Source: Malacoraja senta (taxonomy: Eukaryota). From it: DNA of 50,342 bases. The notes beneath the pieces are model-generated. The model made no database searches, was not told the DNA's origin, and saw only the letters and a list, made by a program, of their open reading frames with translations. The position numbers and the translations under genes are program-made. This document shows, piece after piece, positions 37,801 through 49,544 of this stretch. The stretch is from positions 62,001 to 112,342 of the forward strand of contig JAXLNO010000028.1 of NCBI GenBank assembly GCA_038087875.1, written 5' to 3'. The stretch's first letter is position 1, and each line of letters begins with the position of its first letter.

Positions 37801-39928
37801 TGACAGGCCAACCTGCCCAGCTTGTCGTCAAACAAATTTTTGTATTGTGTCAGGATTTGTTTAGTAAAGTCACAAGTTGAAGTCAGATGACAAACAGAAG
37901 CACTGAAAGTGACCAGTCCCAGGTCATGACAAGCCTTAACACCCAGCAGGGATAGCACATTTTCACGAACAATATAGAAACTCAGGCTGTGGACACGTGA
38001 GTCAAGACAACATCGCAACTAGACTTGACCGATAGGATGCACTGGACCTCCTGTAAATGGAAGGGAGGCAGCCGTAGGATTGATAGTCTCTGTTTTTTGT
38101 GTTTTCTTCAATTCAGATAAAGTCATCACATTCCACCGAGCACCTGTGTCGATTTTCAGAAAAAAAACTATTGCCGTTAACGAGCAAAGCGACCTTGGGA
38201 TCTTGATGTTTATGAGGCAAGTCAGACATGGAATGTAATCCATATCAAGATCCTCGTTAGCTGACAGCAAGTCTGTGGGAGCTGTTTGGGAGCGCTCAGA
38301 GTCCATGTTCCCATGGTCGAGGGAATTGACAGATTGACTTGTTTGAACTGTTGCTACGTGAGCAGCAGTATTGGAAAAAATGGTTTCTTTTTTTATAGAA
38401 GTGACAATACTTTCCGTAAGCTGGGCGGCGGTCACGAACAGCAACATGCGAACCCCCACAATTAACACAATTGTTTATGAGTTTAGTGACAGACCTGTCG
38501 GGCACTTGAGGAGATTGGCGAGAACCTTGATAAAGTGTGCAGGCAAAATTAACATCATGGGCAGAGTGGGGGCTATGTCCCAAGATTTTAGTATGAGCAT
38601 CTGCCATTTCAGCAATGTGACAACGGTTTTCAGCAGTTTCGTTTAGTAATGAGTTTAGTATCGCGTAGCAACTCATCACTTAATTTATTATTGCAAATAC
38701 CATAGACCAGACGGTCACGAACTAGGCTGTCACAAAAAAATTCGCCAAAGGCACATCTACTGGCAATGTGTTTCAAAGCACTAACGCATGTTGCGACAGG
38801 TTCATCATGTCTCTGATTTCGCGAAAAAATGCCTCTCCATTACTAGATTAGTACGTGCATCCTATCGGTCAAGTCAAGGAAGGACATTATTGCCATAGAG
38901 GGAGTGCAGAGAAGGTTCACCAGACTGATTCCTGGGATGTCAGGACTGTCTTATGAAGAAAGACTGGATAGACTTGGTTTATACTCTCTAGAATTTAGGA
39001 GATTGAGAGGGGATCTTATAGAAACTTACAAAATTCTTAAGGGGTTGGACAGGCTAGATGCAGGAGGATTGCTCCCGATGTTGGGGAAGTCCAGGACAAG
39101 GGGTCACAGCTTAAGGATAAGGGGGAAATCCTTTAAAACCGAGATGAGAAGAACTTTTTTCACACAGAGAGTGGTGAATCTCTGGAACTCTCTGCCACAG
39201 AGGGTAGTCGAGGCCAGTTCATTGGCTATATTTAAGAGGGAGCTAGATGTGGCCCTTGTGGCTAAAGGGATCAGAGGGTATGGAGAGAAGGCAGGTACGG
39301 GATACTGAGTTGGATGATCAGCCATGATCATATTGAATGGCGGTGCAGGCTCGAAGGGCCGAATGGCCTACTCCTGCACCTAATTTCTATGTTTCTATAA
39401 CTGTCGGAATTTGCGTAGCAGACATGGACTCAGCGGGAACAATCTGGACACTAGCCAGATCAAATCTAGCTGGTTCATAATGAAATCTTCTGGCACGCCG
39501 AGCGGCTTCAGTGCCTGCTAGGTTGAGGAGAATAGAGGCACGAACATTTGGAGCAGCAACCTGGTGAGCCGCGTCTATATAAATGGTGAAATCTTCTTCA
39601 AATATGCACCACCGTTCGGCAAGGTCTTCATCAAACACCAAAGTTTCTGGTTTTCTGAGAGCAGCAGGCATAGTAAAACATATACTGGACAAAAAAACTA
39701 AAATAAATGCAATAGAATTAGGCAAGGAGTGAGTCCGAGTTTTCTGACACCATGTTGGATTGTCTTAACTCACACACAGTGATTAGGATCCAAAGACTTT
39801 TATTAGCAATACAGCTTAGGTAACTACATCTTAACATACAGCTCAAGACTGGGAGAAAAAAGGGCTTTTTATTGAACCAGTGGGCGGAGGCACAGTATGA
39901 CTCATAGCATGAGTGACACTGTTCTACA
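34812..39928 (-). mobile_element. Gypsy (Mag-like) LTR retrotransposon, full-length and decayed
   Basis: LTRs 34812-34994 and 39753-39928; TSD CTTAT/CTTAC; PBS 39741-39752; PPT 34995-35005; gag, DTG protease, RT (VVDD), RNase H and integrase fragments. Confidence 0.96.
38877..39398 (+). mobile_element. CR1 family A 3' fragment inserted in Gypsy gag
   Basis: Near-identical to 3105-3632; ttctatgtttctat tail. Confidence 0.95.
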
Positions 39929-39967
39929 CTTACGAAGTCAGAGAGTGTGAAAGATTCACAAACCTCC

Positions 39968-40993
39968 GAGGACATGGGGGACTGTCCTTGTTACGAGTGG
40001 GGAGGATGGGCAGTGAGAGTGGAGCTACGGGATATAGAGGAGACTCTGGTGAGATCCTCATCTATAGTCGAAGAGGGGAACCCCCATTCCCTAAAGAATG
40101 AGGACATCTCCGATGCCCTGGTTAGGAACACCTCATCCTGGGTGCAGATGCGGTATAGACGGAGGTCCGAAGCCGTCCCCCTTGTCCTCACCTTCCACCC
40201 TACCAGCCATCACATACAACATATAATCCTCCGACATGTTCGGCACCTCCAACGGGATCCCACCACTGGCCATATCTTCCCATCTCCTCCCCTGTCGGCT
40301 ACCTCCGTAATTCCCTGGCAAATTCATCCCTTCCCACCCAAACCACCCCCTCCCCTGGTACTTTCCCTTGCAACCGCAGGAAATGCTACACTTGTCGCTT
40401 TACCTGCCCCCTCGACTTCATCCAAAGACCCAAGCAGTCTTTCCAGGTGAGGCAGAGGTTCACCTGCACCTCCTCCAACCTCATCTACTGCATCCGCTGT
40501 TCCAGGTGTCAACTGCTCTACATCGTTGTAAACCAAGCGCAGGCCTGGCGATCGCTTCGCCCAACACCTCCGCTCAGTTCGCATTAACCAACCTGATCTC
40601 CCGGTGGCTCAGCACTTCAACTCCCCTCCCATTCCGAATCCGAGCTTCCTGTCCTGGGCCTCCTCCATGGCCAGAGTGGGTCCCGCCGCAAATTGGAGGA
40701 GCAGCACCTCATATTTCGCTTGGGTAGTTTACACCCCAGCGGTATGAACATTGACTTCTACAATTTCAGGTAGTCCTTGCTTTCTCCCTCCTTCCCCTCC
40801 CCTTCCCGGCTCTCCCACAGCCCGCTGTCTCCGCCTCTTCCTTTCTTTTTGCCGCCCCCACATCATTCTGAAGAAGGGTCTTGAACGGAAACGTCGCCTA
40901 TTCCTTCGCTCCAATGATGCTGCCTCACCCGCCGAGTTTCTCCAGCATTTTTGTCTACCTTCAATTGTTCCAGCATCTGCAGTCCTTTCTTAA
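39968..40993 (+). mobile_element. Penelope-like element, 3' part with inverted 5' segment (39968-40165)
   Basis: GIY-YIG region FTCTSSNLIYCIRCSRCQLLYI..RFAQHLRSV; minus-strand LRLYRIC..FF.EWGFP segment; terminal repeat with a degenerate hammerhead motif. Confidence 0.85.
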
Positions 40994-41020
40994 ACAAAAT
41001 AAATCCTAATATAAATTCAG

Positions 41021-41270
41021 CGGCAGAGCTGGTAGAACCGCTGCTTCAATGCGCCAGAGACCCAGATTCGATTCTGACCTCGGGTGCTATCTGTGTGGAG
41101 TTTTTATGTTCTCCATGTGACTGTGTGGATTTCCACTGAGTGCTCCATTTTCCTTCCTCGTCCCAAGGACATGCAGGTTTGTTAGTTAACTGGCCTCTTA
41201 AAAAAAATTGCCCAGAGTGTGTATAAAGTGGAATAAAATAGAACCAGTGTGAATAGGTGATTGATGGTCA
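41021..41270 (+). mobile_element. V-SINE (tRNA-derived), older copy
   Basis: tRNA-like head followed by V-domain gtggagttt..atgttctcc. Confidence 0.75.
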
Positions 41271-41275
41271 GGATT

Positions 41276-41565
41276 GCGGTAGTTGCAGCCTTTCGGCACT
41301 TGCAGTGCGGGAGACCCGGGTTCTATCCCGTTTATGGATGCTGTCTGTATGGAGTTTGTACGTTTTCCCCTTGACTGTGTGGGTTTTCTCCGAGATCTTC
41401 GGTTTCCTCCCACACTCCAAAGATGTACAGGTTTGGCTGGTATGTGTAAATTGTCCCTCGTGTGTGTAGGATAGTGTTAATGTGTGGGGATCGCTGGTCG
41501 GTGTGGACTGGTGGGCCAAAGGACCTGTTTCCATGCTGTATCTCTATACTAATGTAAATTAAACT
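41276..41565 (+). mobile_element. HE1/V-SINE
   Basis: B-box-like ggttctatcc, V-domain, CR1-derived tail gggccaaaggacctgtttccatgctgtatct. Confidence 0.85.
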
Positions 41566-41629
41566 AGCTACATAAATTAGAATAAATTAACTTTTCAAAG
41601 AGGGAGTCAGGTCAGTTTGAAAAACTTAC

Positions 41630-41800
41630 CTTGAGTGCGTCCGGCTGTGCAAAGTAGACAGTGCTTCCAAACGTCATTGGAATCCACAGATCCATCATCT
41701 GTGCTGCAATGTGACTCAGTGGAAGGAAACTGACAATTCTATCGGGAATCCGTGGAGAAATCCCCACGGTCACCCCTGCTGTGTGGGCAGTCCAAGTTAT
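41630..41800 (-). CDS. ACSBG2: ACSBG2-like long-chain acyl-CoA synthetase, internal exon (171 bp)
   Basis: Bounded by ttctag| and |gtaag; translates ITWTAHTAGVTVGISPRIPDRIVSFLPLSHIAAQMMDLWIPMTFGSTVYFAQPDALK (LPLSHIAAQ bubblegum motif); phase 0/0; not in the ORF track. Orthologue versus paralogue not resolved. Confidence 0.92.
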
Positions 41801-42699
41801 CTAGAAAAAGACAAACGTCAAAAAACAAATCACATTTTTCAGCACACTGGGAACAGGCCAGCACTCAAATGATTTTGATTTGAAAAGTGTTACTTTTTTT
41901 CAGTACTTATTACAAATCTTGAGAGTTAGAACTTGTCTCATACACTGTCCACCATTCCTTGATTACACCTACTGTACTTACCTTCCCGAATTAATTTTTA
42001 CTTGTTCCCTGACAAAGTAAAAGGTGTTTGATCATCTTGCTGACACCAAGCACTTGTATCCGTTCCTTCTTCAAACAGGTGGTATTGTTGCAGTAAGGTT
42101 CTGCATGTGTAAGCGCTTTACAATGGAAAGAACTGCCGTTAAGGATTACACTTAAAGGCAAGTTCAGTCATAAACTCTGCTGGTAGCTTGGTCAGGCAAC
42201 CGATGGATCCATTTGGAGCCTTGTGAGGAAGGTTTGCACAAAATGGAAAGCAGGGCGAGGGAGAGAAGGAAAAAGAGCAGTGAGAGGAATGTGGGAATTA
42301 GAGGGGAAAAAAACACTATCAGAAGAAGAAAGGACAAGAAGAAGAATTAAACTTGATCTTCAATAGTAATACTGTCTTCCCTCCTTTCCAATTCCATTCT
42401 GTTATTATATAAATGGCTTTGTTGCCCAATTCAGTCCATTAAACATATGCATCGATAAATTATATAAAGTCCATGTCAAAATTACAGTAAAATGGATTGT
42501 GGTTCATAGGCTAAATTGCAAAAAAAAGATGTAGAACAGAAGGAGTGATTGCAAAAGATTTCTAAATTAGAACAAGGATAATGGTGAACAAGAGAATCTA
42601 TAAAAATGAATGCTGCGTACATCCATGACAGTGCTTTATGAATTGGCTGGCTCCTTTTGAACTCATTACGTAGTCTTTCTTGTGAGTGGCTGAATTCAA

Positions 42700-44011
42700 T
42701 GGCTTCTCTGGTGATGCTTTGCAAGGCCTGTATTGCAGCCATCTTTACCTTATGCTTGTTTTGGGGGCTAGTCCCCTTCAGTTTTCTCTTCAGCATACAA
42801 AAGGCATGCACAATTGGGTTCAGATCGGGTGATTGACTTGGCCACTCAAGAATTGACCATTGTTTAGTTTTGAACAACTCCTTTGTTGCTTTAGCAGTAT
42901 GTTTGGGATCATTGTCTTGCTGTGGAATGAACCACCGACCATTGAGTTTTGAGGCATTTGTTTGAACTTGAGCAGATAGGATGTGTCTATACACTTCAGA
43001 ATTCATTAAGCTACTACCATCAGCAGTTGTATCATCAATGAAGATAAATGAGCCAGTACCTTCAGCAGCCATACATGCCCAGGCCATAACACCCCCACCA
43101 CTGTGTTTCACAGATGAGGTGGCATGCTTTGGATCTTGGGCAGTTCCTTCTCTGCTCCATACTTTGCTCTTGCCATCACTCTGATATAAGTTAATCTTCA
43201 TCTCATCTGTCCACACGACCTTTTTCCAGAACTGTGGTTGCTCTATAGTACTTCTTGGCAAACAGTAACCCGACCATCCTATTTTTGCAGCTAACCAGTG
43301 GTTTGCATCTAGCAGGGTAGCCTCTGTATTTCTGTTCATGAAGTCTTCTGCGGACAGTGGTCATTGACAAATCCACACCTGACTCCTGAAGAGTGTTTCT
43401 GATCTGTCGGACAGGTATTTGGGGATTTTTCTTTATTATAGAGAGAATTCTGTCGTCAGCTGTGGAGATCTTCCTTGGCTTGCCAGTCCCTTTGCGATTA
43501 GTAAGCTCACCAGTGCTCTCTTCCTTCTTAATAATGTTCCAAACAGTTGATTTTGGTAAGCCTAAGGTTTGGCTGATATCTCTAACAGTGTTATTCTGGT
43601 TTCTCAGTCTCATAATGGCTTCTTTGACTTTCATTTGCACAACTTTGGTCCTCATGTTGATAAACAGCAATAAAAGTTTCCAACGGTGATGGAAAGACTG
43701 GAGGAAAGACTAGGTGCTGAGAGCTCTCTTATACCTGCATTAAGGAGGCAATTAAACACAACTGAGCAATTACAAACGCCTGTGAAGTCATGTGTCCAAA
43801 CATTATGGTGCCCTGAAATGGGGGACTATGTTTAAACACAGCTTATATAAACATAGTGAAACCAAAATGTATAAAAATGGCCTTTATTAAAATCTGACAA
43901 TGTGCACTTGAAACACATGTAATTTTTTCCTATTACAAATCTCAAATTGTGGAGTACAGAAGCAAATAAATAAATGATGGGTCTTTGTCCCAAACATTAT
44001 GGAGGGCACTG
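42700..44011 (-). mobile_element. Tc1-family DNA transposon (IR/DR type), 3'-truncated, inactive transposase
   Basis: TA|CAGTG terminus at 44011; ORFs 43203-43670 (HTH, GKPRK) and 42482-43339 (WTDE, QQDND, SPDLNPIV) split by a frameshift. Confidence 0.92.
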
Positions 44012-44159
44012 TATGCTGATATGTTTACAATGGGAGAGCTATCCAACCATATAACCATATAACCATAACAGCACGGAAACAGGCCATCTCGGCCCTTCAA
44101 GTCCGTGCCGAACATTAAAAAAAATTTTTTTTTTTTAAATCAAAAATAAATACTTCCTC

Positions 44160-47103
44160 CTAGTCCCATCTACCTGCACTCAGACCATAACCCTCCATTC
44201 CTTTCCCATCCATATACCCATCCAATCTATTTTTAAAGGATAACATCGAACCTGCCTCCACCACTTCCACTGGAAGCTCATTCCACACAGCTACCACTCT
44301 CTGAGTAAAGAAGTTCCCCCTAATGTTCCCCCTAAACTTCTGTCCCTTAATTCTCAAGTCATGTCCCCTTGTTTGAATCTTCCCTACTCTCAATGGGAAA
44401 AGCTTACCCACGTCCACTCTGTCTAACCCGCTCATAATTTTAAAGACCTCTATCAAGTCCCCTCTTAACCTTCTGCGCTCCAAAGAATAAAGACCTAACT
44501 TGTTCAACCTTTCTCTGTAACTTAGTTGCTGAAACCCAGGCAACATTCTAGTAAATCTCCTCTGTACTCTCTCTATTCTGTTGACATCCTTCCTATAATT
44601 CGGCGACCAAAATTGTACTCCATACTCCAGAATTGGCCTCACCAATGCCTTGTACAATTTTAACATTACATCCCAACTTCTATATTCAATGCTCTGATTT
44701 ATAAAGGCCAGCACACCAAAAGCTTTCTTTACCACCCTATCTACATGAGATTCCACCTTCAGGGAACTATGCACAGTTATTCCTAGATCCCTCTGTTCAA
44801 CTGCATTCCTCAATTCGCTACCATTTACCGTGTACGTCCTATTTTGATTTGTCCTGCCGAGATGTAGCACCTCACATTTGTCAGCATTAAACTCCATCTG
44901 CCATCTTTCAGCCCACTCTTCCAAATGGCCTAAATCTCTCTGTAGACTTTGAAAATCTACTTCATTATCCACAACACCACCTATCTTAGTATCATCTGCA
45001 TACTTACTAATCCAATTTTCCACACCTTCATCCAGATCATTGATGTACATGACAAACAACAGTGGACCCAACACAGACCCTTGAGGCACCCCACTCGTCA
45101 CCGGCCTCCAACCTGACAAACAGCCATCCACCATTACTCTCTGGCATCTCCCATTCAGCCACTGTTGAATCCATCTTGCTACTCCACCATTAATACCCAA
45201 CAATTGAATCTTCTTAACCAACCTTCCATGAGGAACCTTGTCAAAGGCCTTACTGAAGTCCATATAGACAACATCCACTGCTTTACCCTCATCAATTTCC
45301 CTAGTAACCTCTTCAAAAAATTCAAGAAGGTTAGTCAAGCATGACCTTCCAGGCACAAATCCATGTTGACTGTTCCTAATCAGACCCTGCTTATCCAGAT
45401 GCTTATATATATTATCTTTAAGTATCCTTTCCATTAATTTGCCCACCACTGACGTCAAACTAACAGGTCTATAATTGCTAGGTTTACTCTTCGAATCCTT
45501 TTTAAACAACGGAACAACATGCGCAGTACGCCAATCCTCCGGCACTATTCCCGTTTCTAATGACATTTGAAATATTTCTGCCATAGCCCCTGCTATTTCT
45601 ACACTAACTTCCCTCAATGTCCCAGGGAATATCCTGTCAGGACCTGGAGACTTATCCATTTTCATATTTTTCAAATGTGTCCACACCTCCTCTTCTTTGA
45701 ATCTCACAGTTTCCATTGCTACTCTGCTCGTTTCCCTTACCTCACATAATTCCATATCCTTCTCCTTCGTGAATACCGAAGAAAAGAAATTGTTCAATAT
45801 CTCCCCCATCTCTTTTGGCTCTGCAGATAGCTGTCCACTCTGGCTCTCTAATGGACCGATTTTATTCCTTGTTATCCTTTTGCTATTAATATAGCTGTAG
45901 AAACCCTTTGGATTTACTTTCACCTTACTTGCCAAAGCAACCTCATATCTTCTTTTAGCTTTTCTAATTTCTTTCTTAATATTCTTTTTACATTCTTTAT
46001 ACTCCTCAAGCACCTCATTTACTCCATGCTGCCTATAATTATTGTAGATCTCTCTCTTTTTCCGAACCGTGTCCAATTTCCCTTGAAAACCATGGCTCTT
46101 TCCATTTTTTACTATTTCCTTTCAACCGAACAGGGACATAAAGATTCTGTACTCTTAAAATTTCACCCTTAAATGTCCTCCATTTTTCTTCTACATCCTT
46201 CCCATAAAACAACATGTCCCAATTCACTCCTTTTAAATCCTTTCGCATCTCCTCAAAGTTAGCCTTTCTCCAAACAAAAATCTCAACCCTAGGTCCAGTT
46301 CTGACCCTCTCCATAATTATATTGAAACTAATGGTATTGTGATCACTGGACCCGAAGTGCTCCCCGACGCATACCTCCGCCACCTGCCCTGTCTCATTTC
46401 CTAACAGGAGGTCCAGCACTGCCCCTTCTCTAGTAGGTACCTCTATGTATTGCTGCAAAAAACTATCTTGCACACATTTTACAAACTCCAAACCATCCAG
46501 CCCTTTTACAGAATGTGTTTCCCAGTCTATGTGTGGAAAATTGAAATCTCCCACAATCACTACCTTGTGCTTACTACTAATATCTGCTATCTCCTTACAT
46601 ATTTGCTCTTCCAATTCTCGCTCCCCATTTGGCGGTCTATAATACACCCCTATAAGTGTTGCTACACCTTTCCCATTTCTCAGTTCCACCCAAATAGCCT
46701 CCCTAGACGAGCCCTCTAATCTATCCTGCCAAAGCACTGCTGTAATATCTTCCTTGACAAGCAATGCAACACCCCCACCTCTTGCCCCTCCAATTCTATC
46801 ACCCCTGAAGCAACGAAATCCTGGAATATTTATTTGCCAATCACAGCCCTCCTGCAACCATGTTTCACTGATCGCCACAACATCATACTTCCAGGTGTCA
46901 ATCCAGGCTCTAAGCTCATCCACCTTTCTCACAATGCTCCTAGCATTAAAATATACACATTTAAGAAACCCACCACCACTTATTCTCTGTTTATTATCTT
47001 TTTCTTCTTTCTCCCCTACATTTTGGGTCCGAGTGCTTCCCTTCTCTGCCTCCTGCCTCCCACATTTTCCACTAGCTTTCTCTATTTGAGTCCCTCCCCC
47101 CAA
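44160..47103 (-). pseudogene. CR1 ORF2 (APE endonuclease plus reverse transcriptase) with a single frameshift
   Basis: ORFs 46039-47103 (NARS, SETW, GDFN, SDH) and 44160-46076 (QHGF, GVPQG, YADD). Confidence 0.93.
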
Positions 47104-47108
47104 CCGTT

Positions 47109-48044
47109 CTAGTTTAAAGTCTCCCCAGTAGCCTTTGCAAATCTCCCCGCCAGGATATTGGTCCCCCTCGGGTTCAAGTGCAACCCGTCCTTTCTGTACA
47201 GGTCACTCCTTCCCCAAAAGAGGTCCCAATGATCCAGAAATTTGAATCCCTGCCCGCTGCACCAGTTCCTCAGCCACACATTTATCCTCCACCTCACTCC
47301 ATTCCTACTCTCACCGTCACGTGGCACAGGTAGTAATCCTGAGATTGTTACCTTTGTAGACCTTCTCCTTAACTCTCCTCCCAACTCCCTAAATTCTCCT
47401 TTCAAGACCTCTTCTCTTTTTCTACCTATGTCATTGGTACCTATATGTACCACAACCTCAGGCTCCTCTCCCTCCGATTTCAGGATATCTTGGACGCGTT
47501 CAGACACATCCCTGACCCTGGCACCAGGGAGGCAAACTACCATTCTGGTCTCCTGACTGCGTCCACAGAATCGCCTATCCGACCCCCTAACCATAGAGTC
47601 CCCTATTACTATTGCCCTCCTCTTCTTTTCGCTACCCTTCTGAGCAATAGGGCTGGTCTCTGTGCCGGAGGCCCGGCCGCTGTTGCTACCCGCAGGAAGG
47701 CTGTCCCCCTCAACAGTACTCAAACAGGAGTACTTATTTTCAAGGTGTACAGCCACCGGGGTACTCACTAGTCCCTGCCTCTGCCCCTTGCCCTTCCTAA
47801 CCGTGACCCACTTGTCTGCCTTCCGTGGTCTTGGAGTGGCCACCTCCCTATAACTCTTTTCTATGACTTCCTCACTCTCCCTGATCAGACAGAGGTCATC
47901 GAGCTGCTGCTCCAGGTTCCTAACACGGTCCCTTAGGAACCCCATCTCTACGCACCTGACACAGATGTGAACGTCTGGAGAGCTATCAGACTCCATGACC
48001 TCCCACATCTGACATCCAGAACAGTAAACTGCCCTGGCCCTCAT
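47109..48044 (-). CDS. CR1 ORF1p: zinc finger, coiled coil and SGNH esterase (311 aa)
   Basis: CSGC..CVRC, heptad LRDRVRNLEQQLDDL, GDS, GTND and DGLH motifs; ATG start, no disruption. Confidence 0.93.
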   Translation of the reverse strand: MRARAVYCSGCQMWEVMESDSSPDVHICVRCVEMGFLRDRVRNLEQQLDDLCLIRESEEVIEKSYREVATPRPRKADKWVTVRKGKGQRQGLVSTPVAVHLENKYSCLSTVEGDSLPAGSNSGRASGTETSPIAQKGSEKKRRAIVIGDSMVRGSDRRFCGRSQETRMVVCLPGARVRDVSERVQDILKSEGEEPEVVVHIGTNDIGRKREEVLKGEFRELGGELRRRSTKVTISGLLPVPRDGESRNGVRWRINVWLRNWCSGQGFKFLDHWDLFWGRSDLYRKDGLHLNPRGTNILAGRFAKATGETLN

Positions 48045-48829
48045 ACTCCCCCCTTACCCTGGATACAATACAAAACTGGTGGAGGAAATCAGCAGGGATC
48101 TGACTCCCAATCAGCTGCTTTCTCTTGGTCCTCTTCCACCAATCAGCGGTTTCCTCACTTATAGGAAACTTGAATGGAACGTTGCAGTTTTGGTTCTTCT
48201 GCAACGGTCCCTGGGCGTCTGGAAAGCAAAGCCCCGCGCCGTTTATCTACTCACTACCCGGACGCTGCTCCTCCTTCTGCAACGGTCCCTGGGCAACAAA
48301 TCAGTCTTGCACAGAGCCATAGTTTCCATCCCACTCCTTAGCTTCTTCCATCATCATCCCAGAATGACAGCAGAGTGATGTGTAATCAAAAGGAAGAGAC
48401 TCAGCAAGTCAGCGTTGAATCATAACTTGGGGTCTTGCTCCACCACTTCCCCTCACCTCTCTCTACCATCTACTTCCCCTTCTCTCCAACCAGACTGAAG
48501 AAAGTCCTGAAAATAAAAGTCATCTTTCCATTTCCCTCCACAGACCTGCCAAGTTTCTCTAACAATTTGTTTTTTTACTCTATGGGGTCTCATGTCATCA
48601 AGTGTGCAAAGAATTCCCCTGCCCTCCTTGGCTAATGAAACAGTAATCATATCAGCACAAAGGCCAATCTATACATCAACTCCATACCTAGTCTGCCCTA
48701 AATATGGCTTTGGCACCACAATTGTATGGTTGGCTCAACTCTACAACTGCAGTTTGAAATGGATCAGCAAAGTACTCAGCTCAGGAGCTTTTAAGAATGT
48801 GCAATAAATCTTGTGAACAAATTAAAAAC

Positions 48830-49140
48830 AAGCTCCTAAAAACTGAAGACGACTTGGAAGCCCTGAACGTAGCAGGCACACAAGAGGTTGGGGAGGGGAA
48901 CCTAGACTGCCAATGGCAAGAATAATTCAGTCATAAGGTCCCGACAGACTTGTCTAAATCCTGAAGAACATAGCTGACAACGTGGACCTATAGCAGGCTG
49001 TGAAAAACCAACAAGGAGGTAAACCAACTTCACTTCATCCTCCATCCTCAAACGCATACAGCTGTCCAATAAAATACTGAACTGGGTGATCGGCGCACAC
49101 TCAGGGGGTGAAATTCCTTCATCAATTAAGGACATCCTCT
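48830..49140 (+). mobile_element. Possible ancient RTE-like LINE 3' remnant
   Basis: Only a weak resemblance to RTE C-terminal sequence. Confidence 0.3.
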
Positions 49141-49145
49141 ATTTG

Positions 49146-49436
49146 CTGTTTAGTTTTTGTTGAGAGATACAGCGTGGAAACAGGCCCTTCGGCCCACCGA
49201 GTCCACGCCGACCAGTAATCCCCGCTCATTAACACTATCCTACACACACTAGGGACAATTTACAATTTTACCAAGCCAATTAGCCTGTACGTCTTTGGAG
49301 TGTGGGAGGAAACCGGAGCTCCTGGAGAAAACCCACGTAGGTCAAGGGGAGAAAGTACAAACTCCATACAGACAGTGGCAGTAGTCAGGATCGAACCCGG
49401 GTCTCTTGTGCTATAAGGCAGCAATTCTACCGCCCT
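49146..49436 (-). mobile_element. HE1/V-SINE, near full-length
   Basis: Reverse complement of the 41276-41565 type, with B-box GGTTCGATCC. Confidence 0.88.
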
Positions 49437-49544
49437 GTTATGTCCCACCACACCATGGCCAATGTGTGTAAAATCCACAGGACATACTGCAGCAATTCAG
49501 CAAAGCTCCATTGAGCTCATCGACTGAGCCACAACATCTAGCAC

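Larger units (their letters stand above)
44045..48294 (-). mobile_element. Full-length CR1 LINE family B
   Basis: 5' UTR, intact ORF1, ORF2 broken only near 46070, 3' UTR and (atatggtt)n tail; exact 5' edge approximate. Confidence 0.97.

Noticed and set aside
41021..41090. tRNA gene (also near 49380-49436)
   Set aside because: tRNA-derived SINE heads continuing into a V-domain; no full cloverleaf or terminator.
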